This document shows, in pieces, positions 9,081 to 19,242 of a stretch of 64,000 nt of DNA. A program made the position numbers and the translations under genes. Location of the stretch: the NCBI GenBank assembly GCA_036501025.1, contig DASYBB010000096.1, positions 3,645 to 67,644 on the forward strand, in the 5' to 3' direction. The number at the start of each line of letters is the position of its first letter. Within the stretch, counting starts at the first letter, position 1. The notes below the pieces were generated by a model that was given only the letters and a program-made list of their open reading frames with translations, searched no databases and had not been told where the DNA came from. The DNA comes from Streptosporangiaceae bacterium. GTDB lineage: Bacteria; Actinomycetota; Actinomycetes; Streptosporangiales; Streptosporangiaceae.

Positions 9081-10018
9081 CCGCCACCAACGTCGTCGCC
9101 GCGACGGCGGCGGAAGCGGGCGACCCGGACGCCGGGCGCCTGTCCGGCCTGCGCACGGCCTTCCGGTCGCCGCGGCTGGTCACCGGGACCTGCCTGGTCG
9201 GGTTCTTCGCCCTCCTGGGCATCATCGGCCCGTTCTTCGCCGGCAGCCCGAACCGGCTGAGCCACACCGAGCTCGCGCCGCCGTCACTCAGCCACTGGCT
9301 GGGCACGACGCAGATCGGCCAGGACGTCTTCGCCCAGCTGGTGGTGAGCGCACGGGCCTCGCTGGAGATCGGCGTGGGCGCCGGGCTGCTGGCCACCCTG
9401 GTCTCGGTCATCGTCGGCATCAGCGGCGGATACGCGGGCGGAATCATCGACGAGGTGCTGAACCTGGCGTCCAATGTCGTGCTGGTGATCCCGACCCTGC
9501 CGCTGGTCATCGTGATCCTGGCCGACGTGAAGGCCCGCGGGCTGGCGCCGCTGATCATCATCATCGCCCTGACGAGCTGGGCCGCGGCCGCCCGGGTGCT
9601 GCGCGCGCAGACCCTGTCGGTGCGCAACCGCGAGTACGTGCTGGCCGCCCGCGCATCCGGCGAGCGGGCCTGGCGGATCGTGTTCATCGAGATCCTGCCC
9701 AACGAGCTGCCGATCATCGTGTCCAATTTCATCTTCGCGATGATCTTCGCGATCCTCACCCAAGCGGCTCTCGCGTTCATCGGCCTCGGTGACCCCACCC
9801 TGCTGACCTGGGGGAACATGATCAACCTGGCCTACAACGACGAGGCACTGTCAGTCGGGGCATGGTGGTGGTTCATCCCGCCCGGCCTGTGCATAGCGCT
9901 GCTGGGCATGGGGCTGGCGCTGATCAACTTCAGCCTGGACGAGGTTCTCAACCCGCGGCTGCGGGTTTACCGGGCGGCCCGGCCGGGCCGCGCGCGCCGG
10001 CCGGGGAGGACGGCATGA
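9077..10018 (+). CDS. ABC transporter permease (DppC/OppC-like)
   Basis: 313 aa, multi-TM. Its start overlaps the upstream stop (GTGA). Confidence 0.95.
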   Translation: MTATNVVAATAAEAGDPDAGRLSGLRTAFRSPRLVTGTCLVGFFALLGIIGPFFAGSPNRLSHTELAPPSLSHWLGTTQIGQDVFAQLVVSARASLEIGVGAGLLATLVSVIVGISGGYAGGIIDEVLNLASNVVLVIPTLPLVIVILADVKARGLAPLIIIIALTSWAAAARVLRAQTLSVRNREYVLAARASGERAWRIVFIEILPNELPIIVSNFIFAMIFAILTQAALAFIGLGDPTLLTWGNMINLAYNDEALSVGAWWWFIPPGLCIALLGMGLALINFSLDEVLNPRLRVYRAARPGRARRPGRTA

Positions 10019-11099
10019 GCGGCGCGGATGTGGTCCTGCGGGCCGAGAACATCAGCGTCGAGTACGAGGCGCGGCGGCCCACGCGCGCCGTCCGTGACGT
10101 GACGCTCGAACTGCGCCGCGGCGAGGTGCTCGGGATCGCCGGCGAGAGCGGCTGCGGGAAGTCCACGCTGGCGTACGCGCTGACCCGGATGCTCAGGCCG
10201 CCCGCCCGCCAGACCCGCGGGTCCATCACCTTCTACCCGGCCGGCGGACCCCCGGTCGACGTGCTCGGGCTAGCCGACGAGAGCCTTCGCGAGTTCCGCT
10301 GGAATAAGGTCGCCATGGTCTTCCAGAGCGCGATGAACGCTCTCAACCCGGTCACCACCCTGGCCCGGCAGTTCAACGACATCTTCGACGCGCACCGGCC
10401 CCAGCTCGATCACGACGCGCGCGACCGGCGGGCCCGGGACCTGCTGGACATGGTCGGGATCGCCCCGGCCCGGATCCGCAGCTTCGCGCACGAGCTGTCC
10501 GGCGGCATGCGCCAGCGGGCCATGATCGCGATGGCCCTCGCGCTGGAGCCCGAGATCGTCATCATGGACGAGCCGACCACGGCCCTGGATGTCGTGGTCC
10601 AGCGGGAGATCCTGGACGAGATCGAGCGGCTGCGCGAGGAACTCGGATTCAGCGTCATCTTCATCACCCATGACCTGTCGCTGCTGCTCGAGGTCAGCGA
10701 CCGGCTGCTGGTCATGTACGCGGGCGAGGTGATCGAGTCCGCGCCTGCCGAGCTGTCCGGGTCCGCCCCCGCCCACCCCTACACCTTCGGCCTGCTTCGC
10801 TCGTTCCCGGACCTGCGCGGCGCCCGGCAGGAACTCCGCGGCGTGCCCGGGAACCCGCCCGACCTGCGCGACGCCTTCGCGGGCTGCCCGTTCGAGCCGC
10901 GCTGCGATTTCCGGTTCGATCCGTGCGCCGCCGTCCGGCCCGCGCTGCGGCCCGCCGCCGGCCGGCCGGCCGGCCCGGGCCGGCCGGCCGGCTGGCAGGT
11001 CGCCTGCCACCTGCACGACCCCGCGTACCGGGCCGGCGGCCCGCCCGCCGAGCTCAGCGATGCCCGGACGGTACCCGCCGACCGGGCCGGCGGTGACGC

Positions 11100-11103
<4 letters not shown>
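10015..11103 (+). CDS. ABC transporter ATP-binding protein (DppD/OppD-like)
   Basis: GESGCGKST (Walker A), LSGGMRQR (signature), IVIMDEPT (Walker B). The ATG at 10015 overlaps the upstream stop (ATGA). Confidence 0.95.
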
Positions 11104-12086
<983 letters not shown>

Positions 12087-12098
12087 GCGGGGGCGCGG

Positions 12099-13061
12099 AT
12101 GCAGCCGGAGGCCAAGTCCCTGCTCGTGGAAGGTGGCGGGTCGCATACCTGGGTGATGGTGGCCGACCGCAAAGAACTGTGGGCAGAAGCGTGGCTGCCC
12201 TCCCTCAACCGGATCGGCGCCTCGGAGGAGTCTCAGCGCTCGGTGCTGGCAGACGTCGCCCGGGCGGCAGGCCGGTTCACTGATATCGACAATGCCCTGT
12301 TCGCCGTGGGCGCGGCCTGCACCGTGACTTACCTCAGCGAGCTGGCCGCCATCATGACCGCGACCCTGCCGGCGACGATGCGGCCGCCTGGCCGCACTTA
12401 CCTCATGAACGATGTCGTGCCCCTGTTCTTCGCCGAGCCCGACGACTGCGACCAGCTGGTGGTCATCGCCGGAACAGGCTCGGGTGTCGCGGCCCGCAGC
12501 GGGTTCCGCGCCATCAGCCGGGCCGGTGCCCACGAGTACCTGCTCGGAGACGACGGCGGCGCATTCGACATCGGCCGCCACGCGCTGCGGGCCGTCATCG
12601 CCCGCCGAGAGGAGCGGGGGCCGGCGACGGCTCTGACAGAGCGCGCCGAGCGGCGCACCGGGGGCGTCGAGATTGATCGGTTCGTCTACGGAGCGGCCAA
12701 CCCGAAGCAGTGCGTCGCGGAGTTCGCTCGCGATGTTTTCGCCGCGGACCAAGCGGGCGACGTGGTCGCCGGCGAGATCCTGTCCCAGGCGGCCGCCTGT
12801 CTCGCTGGAGTCTGCCGCGCCGCCCTAGCCAGCGCAGGCCTGTCGGCACCGATCGCGGCCACATTCACCGGGAGCCTGCTCACCGAGCCGACGGGCGGCT
12901 TGCGGCGGCGCATCGAGCAACAGCTGCTGGACCTGGGGGTCAGCACCTGCCGAAGCGCTGCGGTGGACATCGACCTGCTGCGGCGGACCTCGCAGGCACT
13001 GCGGTCTGACCAGGGAATCTTCGAGGCGATCGTGACGGCGGTCCCGGCCATCCGGCTGTAG
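12099..13061 (+). CDS. BadF/BadG/BcrA/BcrD-type ATPase (N-acetylglucosamine-kinase-like sugar kinase)
   Basis: LLVEGGGSHTW..., VVIAGTGSGVAA..., GAHEYLLGDDGGAFDIGRHALRAV are ASKHA-fold kinase motifs. Last gene of the ABC operon. Confidence 0.8.
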   Translation: MQPEAKSLLVEGGGSHTWVMVADRKELWAEAWLPSLNRIGASEESQRSVLADVARAAGRFTDIDNALFAVGAACTVTYLSELAAIMTATLPATMRPPGRTYLMNDVVPLFFAEPDDCDQLVVIAGTGSGVAARSGFRAISRAGAHEYLLGDDGGAFDIGRHALRAVIARREERGPATALTERAERRTGGVEIDRFVYGAANPKQCVAEFARDVFAADQAGDVVAGEILSQAAACLAGVCRAALASAGLSAPIAATFTGSLLTEPTGGLRRRIEQQLLDLGVSTCRSAAVDIDLLRRTSQALRSDQGIFEAIVTAVPAIRL

Positions 13062-13081
13062 GCCGGCTCGCGGCGACAGGG

Positions 13082-13570
13082 TCATGACCCGGCCGCGTGT
13101 GCTTCGGCGTACTGCCGGACCGCGGCCATGGTCCGCACGTTCTCCTTGTCGAAACTGGCGGTGATCAGCCGCCTGAGCGGGCGGAGGACGGCTGGCATCG
13201 CAATGTCCAGGACTACCCACCGGGTTGCTCCCGTGGCATTGCCGTCCGGCTCGAGGCTGTAGTGGATGTGCACGTCGACCGTCGCCCTGAGCTGGCGAAC
13301 GCTGATGGTGTGGTGAAAGTCGACCGAGCCGGGTGGCTGGAATCCAGTGACCGTTCCCCACCAGTCTTTGCCGGACTGACCTGGCTTGCCGTCGTGATAA
13401 CGGCTGCCGAGCTCCACGGGGTAGGGCTCGACATCGGTGGTCTGGCCGAACTGGCCTGATGCGGGCAGCCACCGGCCGTAGTTCGGCAGATCAGACAGAA
13501 GCTCGAACAGCAGCTCAGGAGCGGCGGCCACCGTCGAGCTGTAGAACTTGTGCCATTGGGACCCCGACAT
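13082..13570 (-). CDS. SRPBCC family protein (polyketide cyclase/dehydrase-like fold)
   Basis: 162 aa. N-terminus FYSSTVAAAPELLFELLSDLPNYGRWLP is typical of the family. AAGGAG RBS upstream. Confidence 0.8.
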   Translation of the reverse strand: MSGSQWHKFYSSTVAAAPELLFELLSDLPNYGRWLPASGQFGQTTDVEPYPVELGSRYHDGKPGQSGKDWWGTVTGFQPPGSVDFHHTISVRQLRATVDVHIHYSLEPDGNATGATRWVVLDIAMPAVLRPLRRLITASFDKENVRTMAAVRQYAEAHAAGS

Positions 13571-13685
13571 GGCAAGCTCCTTCTGCCTGTGAGCAGGCGG
13601 GCGAGCCCCGAAGTGCGGACCTGGGCAAGGCGGGCCTGGCGCCCTTGATCACGGCCAACGCTAGCGTGGCGCAGGGTGGATCGGG

Positions 13686-14582
13686 CTAGGGCACGGGCAC
13701 GCTCTTGGTCGCGCGGATGCGCTGCGCGTCCCGGCCCGGCGGGGTGCCGAAGAGGCGGCGGTACTCCCGGCTGAACTGGGAGGCACTGTCGTAGCCGACC
13801 GCGTGGGCGACTTCGGCGACGTCGCGGCCGCCGGAGACCAGGGCGAGCCGGGCCTCCTGAAGCCGGATGGCTTTCTGGTACTGAATCGGTGTCATGCGGG
13901 TGACCGCCCGGAAGTGGCGGTGGAATGTCGATTCGCTCATCCGGGCGAGCGCGGCGAGCTGCTCGATCCGGATCGTGTCGTCGTGATGGTCGCGGATCCA
14001 TCGCACGGCCCGGGTGATGGGGGCGAGGTTCCCGTCCGCGAGGCCGATCTGGCGAACGACCGCGCCCTGCGGCCCGGTCAGCAGCCGCCAGAGCACCTCA
14101 CGCCGGTAGAGGGGCGCGAGGATCCGTGCGTCCTGCGGAGTGTCGAGGAGGCCGGCCAGGTGCGCCAGCGCGTCGAGGAGCGGCTCGCCCGCGCTCGCGA
14201 CGGTGATCCCGGTCGCGCGGGCGGGCGCGCCGTTGAGCGCCGCGCCGGCCTCCAGGAGCATGGCCGCGATCTCCGGGGGGTCGATCCGGATGCCGATCCC
14301 GAGGAACGGGCAGCTGGCGGAGGCCGCCGTCACCTGGCCGACGACGGGAAGATCGAGCTGGGCGATCAGGAACTCCCCGGCGGCGTAGTCGAGCACCCGG
14401 TCGCCGGACACCGTGCGCTTGCCGCCCTGGATGACGAGTCCCATGGATGGCTCGGCGATCCCGGCCCGCGGGGAGGTCGGTGCGTCAGTCGCGGTGATCG
14501 TCAGCCCATCGATGACCGTCGGCCCGTGGCTGTTGCGGGCGTGGCGGCTGATGAGGTGCCGCAGCGCGTCCAGTCCTGACAC
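13686..14582 (-). CDS. AraC family transcriptional regulator (AraC_N-type sensor domain)
   Basis: C-terminal dual HTH: IEQLAALARMSESTFHRHFRAVTRMTPIQYQKAIRLQEAR...VGYDSASQFSREYRRLFG. Start set to the GTG at 14582, 5 nt after GGGAGGAG and in frame with the track ORF. Confidence 0.9.
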   Translation of the reverse strand: MSGLDALRHLISRHARNSHGPTVIDGLTITATDAPTSPRAGIAEPSMGLVIQGGKRTVSGDRVLDYAAGEFLIAQLDLPVVGQVTAASASCPFLGIGIRIDPPEIAAMLLEAGAALNGAPARATGITVASAGEPLLDALAHLAGLLDTPQDARILAPLYRREVLWRLLTGPQGAVVRQIGLADGNLAPITRAVRWIRDHHDDTIRIEQLAALARMSESTFHRHFRAVTRMTPIQYQKAIRLQEARLALVSGGRDVAEVAHAVGYDSASQFSREYRRLFGTPPGRDAQRIRATKSVPVP

Positions 14583-14815
14583 GGCGCTCCTCCCTCTGAG
14601 CCGACGGATCGGCGGCTCCGGCTCCGGTGGCGATGCTAGCCGGATTGACAGGATCGTGCATTCCTCCGCCGGGAACGGTCTCGGCGCCGGCCGCCCGGCA
14701 GGCGAGGATAGGAGCCAGTGAGCGGGCACCTCGCGGTCGTCGGCGCCGACCGGGCTCATGGGCCGCTGCCGGTATCGGGCAGACGGCGCTACCGCTCCGG
14801 ACAAGGAAGGGCACC

Positions 14816-15712
14816 ATGACCACTCAGGCCAGTCCCGGCCAGATCACGATCGGCGGCGAGCTGCGCGTCAACCGCATCGGCTACGGCGCCATGAAGCTCA
14901 CGGGCGACCAGGTGTGGGGACCGTACCCGGATCACGACCACGCGATCCGGGTGCTGCGCGGTGTGGTCGAGGCCGGCATCAACCTGATCGACACCGCCGA
15001 CGTCTACGGCCCGCACGACAACGAGCTCCTCATCAAGGACGCGCTCCACCCCTATCCCGAGGGCCTGGTCATCGCCACGAAAGGCGGCTTCGTGCGGGGC
15101 GGCTTCGACTACAGCACGCTCGGTGCCGTCGGCAACCCGAACTACCTGCGGCAAAGCGCCCACATGAGCGCGCGGCGGCTGGGCGTGGCGGCCATCGACC
15201 TGTACTACCTGCACAGCGGGCGCGCGACAGACGCGCCGTTCGAGGAGCAGGTCGGCGTCCTCGCCGAGCTGCGCCAGGCCGGGCTCATCCGCCATGTCGG
15301 CCTGTCGAACGTCACTCTTGACCAGTTGCGGGTCGCGCAGTCGATCGTGCCCGTGACGGCGGTCACCGCGCTGTACAACGTCACCGCGCGCCCTGGTGCC
15401 GATCTCCTGGCCGCGGCCGAGGAAGACCGGATCGTGTTCTCCCCGTGGCATCCGGTGACAACCACGGACGGGCCGCTCGCCTCGCGGGCCGCCGCGGTAC
15501 TGCCCCCGATCGCGGCCGCGCACGGCGCCAGCGTCCGGCAGGTCGCGCTGGCCTGGCAGCTCCAGGGGTCGCCGCAGGCCCTGCCGATTCCGGGTACGAC
15601 CTCCCTCGCCCACCTGCACGAGAACCTGGAAGCGCAGTCGATAGTGCTCAGCCTGGAGGAGATGCGGGCCATCGACGACATCACCGGTCCTGCAGACGCC
15701 GCCGGGTCGTGA
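14816..15712 (+). CDS. Aldo/keto reductase
   Basis: RIGYGAMKLTG..., INLIDTADVYG..., YYLHS. The ATG at 14816 is in frame with track ORF 14627. Confidence 0.95.
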   Translation: MTTQASPGQITIGGELRVNRIGYGAMKLTGDQVWGPYPDHDHAIRVLRGVVEAGINLIDTADVYGPHDNELLIKDALHPYPEGLVIATKGGFVRGGFDYSTLGAVGNPNYLRQSAHMSARRLGVAAIDLYYLHSGRATDAPFEEQVGVLAELRQAGLIRHVGLSNVTLDQLRVAQSIVPVTAVTALYNVTARPGADLLAAAEEDRIVFSPWHPVTTTDGPLASRAAAVLPPIAAAHGASVRQVALAWQLQGSPQALPIPGTTSLAHLHENLEAQSIVLSLEEMRAIDDITGPADAAGS

Positions 15713-15719
15713 CCGCACG

Positions 15720-15736
15720 CCCGAGCCGTGCTCGGG
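15720..15736 (+). terminator. Short hairpin after the AKR gene
   Basis: CCCGAGC-cgt-GCTCGGG, a 7-bp stem 8 nt after the stop codon. Confidence 0.4.
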
Positions 15737-15784
15737 CCGGGTCATAATCCGCCGGTCGTGGGTTCGAGCCCCACCCGCCCCACC
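15737..15784 (+). other. Orphan 3' portion of a tRNA-Met-like gene (anticodon loop to 3' end); candidate att-site remnant
   Basis: tCATaa loop (CAT at 15743-15745). Variable loop CGGTC. T-arm GTGGG-TTCGAGC-CCCAC (15758-15774). Acceptor 3' strand CCGCCCC, then A and CC. No matching 5' acceptor strand (GGGGCGG) or D-arm upstream, so it is not a complete tRNA. Confidence 0.6.
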
Positions 15785-16209
15785 TGCCGGGCGATCGTTC
15801 CCCCGGTGACGGCGACGACCGCGTCGTCGGCGAGTTCCTGGACCCGTGCGATCGCGGCCTCCACCCCGTCGGTCACGAAAGAGAACGGCGCGTCGGGGTG
15901 GGCGCCGACCCAGTCCGCCGGCACCCGGCGCGTCACCACGACAACAGGGACGTCCAGGTTGTGCCGGCCCTGCCAGCCGTCCGTCACCTCGAACAGCGTC
16001 CGGCCACAGACGAGGGCACCCAGCGAGGACACCCACCGCCGCCAGTGCTCCGAACTCGGCGGGCTGAGGTGGACGGTGAGGTCCGCGGCGCGGGCCGGGA
16101 TCGCGACCTCGCCGTTCTGCAGGCAGTCGAGCAACCGGCCGATGGTGTTGTCCTGCTTGGCGACGTACCCGTCGAGAGACATGATCGCCTGCGCCTGCAC
16201 TCTGCCCAC
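15742..16209 (-). pseudogene. Dihydrofolate reductase family (RibD_C) protein, C-terminally truncated; reading frame ends inside the tRNA fragment
   Basis: MGRVQAQAIMSLDGYVAKQD... is a typical RibD_C start. After ...VAVTGGTIARQ the sequence becomes VGRVGLEPTTGGL-stop, which is the antisense of the tRNA T-arm. About 50-60 aa of the family's C-terminus are missing. Confidence 0.7.
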
Positions 16210-16222
16210 GGAGTCGCCCTCC

Positions 16223-16777
16223 TCAGGAGCGCTGGCGTCGGTAGACGTGGACGACGACGCCGCTGGGGAACGGCGTGGTCTCGACGAGGTCCAGATGCCG
16301 CGATTCTGGCAGCTGGTCGAACAGGGCCTGTCCGCGGCCCAGGGCCAGCGGCTGGACCAGCAGGCGGTACTCGTCGATCAGGTCGGCCGCGGCGAGCGCG
16401 CCGGCCAGCCGGCCACCACCCCAGACGATCACGTCCGGGCGGGGCTCGGCCTTGATGGCGGCGATCTCGGTCGTGAGCTCGCCCCGCGCGACCCGGGTTT
16501 CGGGCCAGCTGGCCTCGGCATCGCTGAGCGTCTTCGAGAACACGACCTTTGGGATGTCGTTCATCGGCGACGCGTACGGGTCGCCGGACTGCGGCCAGTA
16601 AGACGACATCTGCTGGTACGTGATGCGGCCCATGAGGTGGGCGCCGGCCCGGCTGATGCGGTCGAGCTTCCACTGCTTCAGTTCAGCGCCCTCGGGGACC
16701 GCGACTCCCGGGTGCTCACGGTCGCTGCCGACGAAGCCGTCCAGCGACATCGACATGTACAGAATGACGTCTCGCAT
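16223..16777 (-). CDS. Dihydrofolate reductase family protein (RibD C-terminal domain), intact
   Basis: 184 aa: MRDVILYMSMSLDGFVG...LMGRITYQQM...VIVWGGGRLAGALAAADLIDEYRLLVQPLALGRGQALF. Confidence 0.9.
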   Translation of the reverse strand: MRDVILYMSMSLDGFVGSDREHPGVAVPEGAELKQWKLDRISRAGAHLMGRITYQQMSSYWPQSGDPYASPMNDIPKVVFSKTLSDAEASWPETRVARGELTTEIAAIKAEPRPDVIVWGGGRLAGALAAADLIDEYRLLVQPLALGRGQALFDQLPESRHLDLVETTPFPSGVVVHVYRRQRS

Positions 16778-17039
16778 GACTGCCTCTCGTTGCTCGTGCT
16801 GGTTTCGTTACTATGCGCTGGCTCGCTGGTAGTACTCGCTGACGACGTATGACATGGACTCGTCGTCGAACACGCACCACGAGTGTCCGATTCCGGCTAG
16901 CCAGCCCGGTAGATGCGTAAGTAACTACCTGCCGATGAGAAATATCACGGTGGGTGAGGATGTCTCGGGTTCACGCCCCGGAGATCGGGCGTCGTGGCCG
17001 GGCTTCCCGGGTAAGGTGCGGCCGTGAACGTCGCCGCGG

Positions 17040-17231
17040 CTAGCTGTCGGCAGGCCCGTCGGGCCGCGCGCTGCCGGGGCTGATCGTGCTCAGCGCGTCG
17101 TCCAGCAGTTCGGGGAATGTGTCCGGGTGGCGGGCCAGCAGGTAGGTGATGAGGGCGACCAGGTCCCGCTCGCCCAGCGCCTTGACCCGGGACAGGCGCA
17201 GTTCCGCTGCTGTCTCAGACGTGTCAGCCAT
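17040..17231 (-). CDS. Hypothetical 63-aa protein, translationally coupled to the DUF3618 gene
   Basis: Its ATG overlaps the upstream stop (ATGGCTGA). High GC3. No recognisable domain. Confidence 0.5.
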   Translation of the reverse strand: MADTSETAAELRLSRVKALGERDLVALITYLLARHPDTFPELLDDALSTISPGSARPDGPADS

Positions 17232-17541
17232 GCCAGCCTCCTAGGCCGCGTCGTTCCGCGGACATCAGCCATGCTGCCATGGTGAAGGTGACCACGGATA
17301 TCGTGCCGAGAATGACTTCCGGATGCTGCCGCGCGACAGCCAGGCCGGCTTGGCAGCGTTGCCGGGCGGTATCGGCGGCCCCGGTCGCCCGGCGGCGGAG
17401 CTGCGCCGGGACGTCGGCCTTGGCCGTGAGCGCCTCGACTGTCTGTCCCAGAGTTTCCCGGGTCTGCTCGATGTCGTCCAGGATCGCCCGCCGTCCCGGG
17501 ACACCGCGGGCCGTCCCGGCCCGCGCGCGCGAGTTTGTCAC
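17224..17541 (-). CDS. DUF3618 domain protein
   Basis: ILDDIEQTRETLGQTVEALTAKADVPAQLRRR followed by a C-terminal TM helix. Start set to the GTG at 17541, 9 nt after AAGGAGAG. Confidence 0.7.
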   Translation of the reverse strand: MTNSRARAGTARGVPGRRAILDDIEQTRETLGQTVEALTAKADVPAQLRRRATGAADTARQRCQAGLAVARQHPEVILGTISVVTFTMAAWLMSAERRGLGGWHG

Positions 17542-17987
17542 CGCTGTGCACTCTCCTTGATCGTGTGAACGTCGGCCTTTACGCTGGCTGCGGCTCGTCG
17601 GCGGACTCATCCGCCAGGTCAGAAGACAGTGGCTCAGATGCTGTCATCACGTGCTCCTCGGATTGGCAGGCGCCATGCACTACCCCGCAGCCGGGAGCCA
17701 AACAGCGTGTCTTTCGACCAGGGGCGTGGGTGCCCGGCGGCTGGTTCGACCGGCGGTCACGGCCGTGTGCCGGCGAGCAAGCGCAACGGCGTGGATGACC
17801 TCGCGCCGCACCGGGGCCATGCCCGCTGCACAGCGATAGAGCGAGCGTCGGCGTGGCGTCAGTCGCGCCTTCGCTGCTGCCCGCCGATATTTTTCCGTGG
17901 CGATGTCCAGATGGCTGGGTCAGCTCCGTGACAGCGCCGGAGCGCGGGGCCGATCGTGCGACCCCGACTACCAAAGGAGCAGCAGCC

Positions 17988-18513
17988 ATGTCACTGGTCC
18001 GCGTACACAACTTCGACATCTCGCTAGACGGTTTCGGCACCGGAGAGGGTCAGGGCCGCGACGCACATTTCGGTCACGCCGGGTACCGGCTGAACGAATG
18101 CATGTTCGCCACCCGCACGGGCTCCCGGCGGCAGCCGCGGCGTTGACAATGCCTTCGCCCAGCAGCTCACTCCGGGCATCGGCGCCGAGATCATGGGCGC
18201 CGGGAAGTTCGGCCACCCCGGATGGCACGAGGACCCGGAGTGGAAGGGCGCATGGGGTCCGAACCCGCCGTTTCACACGCCCGTTTTCGTCCTCACGCAC
18301 CACCCTCGCTCGTCGATCGAGATGGACGACGGCACGACATTCCACTTCATCGACGCCTCGCCGGCCGAGGCGCTCGAGGCGGCGCGATCCTGCTCGGCCC
18401 GGGGCGTGCGCCTCTGGGACGGACTGGAGTCCATCGAGAAGGACTACCGGGCCGAGGCCACCTCATCGCCCAGCGGAGTCACGCACGTGACGTTCACCCG
18501 CGCGGCGGCATGA
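17988..18513 (+). pseudogene. Dihydrofolate reductase family (RibD_C/YyaP-like) gene with a frameshift and an internal deletion
   Basis: MSLVRVHNFDISLDGFGTGEGQ...LNECMFATRTG, in the frame of ORF 17853. It continues one frame over as GGSRGVDNAFAQQLTPGIGAEIMGAGKFG...PPFHTPVFVLTHHPRSSIEMDDGTTFHFI, in the frame of ORF 18193. The shift is near the CCC at 18124-18126. The segment between ...ARGVRL and WDGLES...SPSGVTHVTFTR lacks the expected GGG...LGSGERLF block. Confidence 0.7.
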
Positions 18514-18594
18514 AGGGCGTCGCCCGAGAAGCGCACACACTGCTACATTGCGCGGGTCATCGGCGGCGCACTGGTCCGGCGCGAGCATGGTTTC

Positions 18595-19242
18595 GTGGCG
18601 GCATCCGGATCGGGGCGTAATCAGGAGCTGGTTATCAGGGATGCCCGGCCCGGCGACGGGTCCGGGTGCGCAGCGGCCTGGGCTGACGCTGGCCGTCACG
18701 TCGAGGAGCTCGACCCCGATGTCGGTCAGGTGCCCGGCGCCGCGGGCCTGGATGACTGGTTCGAGCAGTCCCTCGCCAGGCCCCGGCCGCCGGGCAAGAT
18801 CTGGCTTGTGGCGGAGCTCGGCGGCCAGGTGACCGGATTCGTCGAAGGAGTGGTCGAGCCCCCGGGTCCGGACGCCGCATGGCAGATTCAGCGGGACCTG
18901 TCTCGTTACCGGCTGATGGTCGGAGTGCTGCCCGTGTCCGCAGCGTTCCGCAAGATGGGGATCGGCACCGCGCTGATGCTGGCCATCGAGGACGCAGCCC
19001 GCAGCCAGGGCGCCCAGGTTTCCTTGCTGGACACCAGCGTACGCAGCGACCTCTCCGTGCCCTTCTACGAACACCAGATGGCCTACAGCCGCCGCGCGGT
19101 GATCTTCCGCAACACACTTCCAGGATCTCGATCGGCGCCGGGCAGCGATGCCATCATGCTGCAGGCGCCCCGCTCAGAAGCTCCAGCGAGTGCTGCCGGC
19201 ACCGGCCAGCTTGGCGTCGTTGACAAAGGCGAAGACGGTTGA
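18595..19242 (+). CDS. GNAT family N-acetyltransferase
   Basis: LVIRDARPGD..., VLPVSAAFRKMGIGTALMLAIEDAARSQGA (acetyl-CoA motif A), ...VPFYEHQMAYS. GTG start. The 3' end overlaps the convergent PPOX gene. Confidence 0.8.
   Translation: MAASGSGRNQELVIRDARPGDGSGCAAAWADAGRHVEELDPDVGQVPGAAGLDDWFEQSLARPRPPGKIWLVAELGGQVTGFVEGVVEPPGPDAAWQIQRDLSRYRLMVGVLPVSAAFRKMGIGTALMLAIEDAARSQGAQVSLLDTSVRSDLSVPFYEHQMAYSRRAVIFRNTLPGSRSAPGSDAIMLQAPRSEAPASAAGTGQLGVVDKGEDG

Noticed and set aside
15704-15713. GGGTCGTGAC, resembling the start of the ZTP (pfl) riboswitch
   Set aside because: It lies inside the last codons and stop of the aldo/keto reductase gene. The rest of the motif, including the CCGCCTGGGC pseudoknot partner, is absent.
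15728-16852. 374-aa plus-strand ORF
   Set aside because: Antisense to the two RibD_C genes, with Ser/Thr/Arg/Pro-rich low-complexity sequence.
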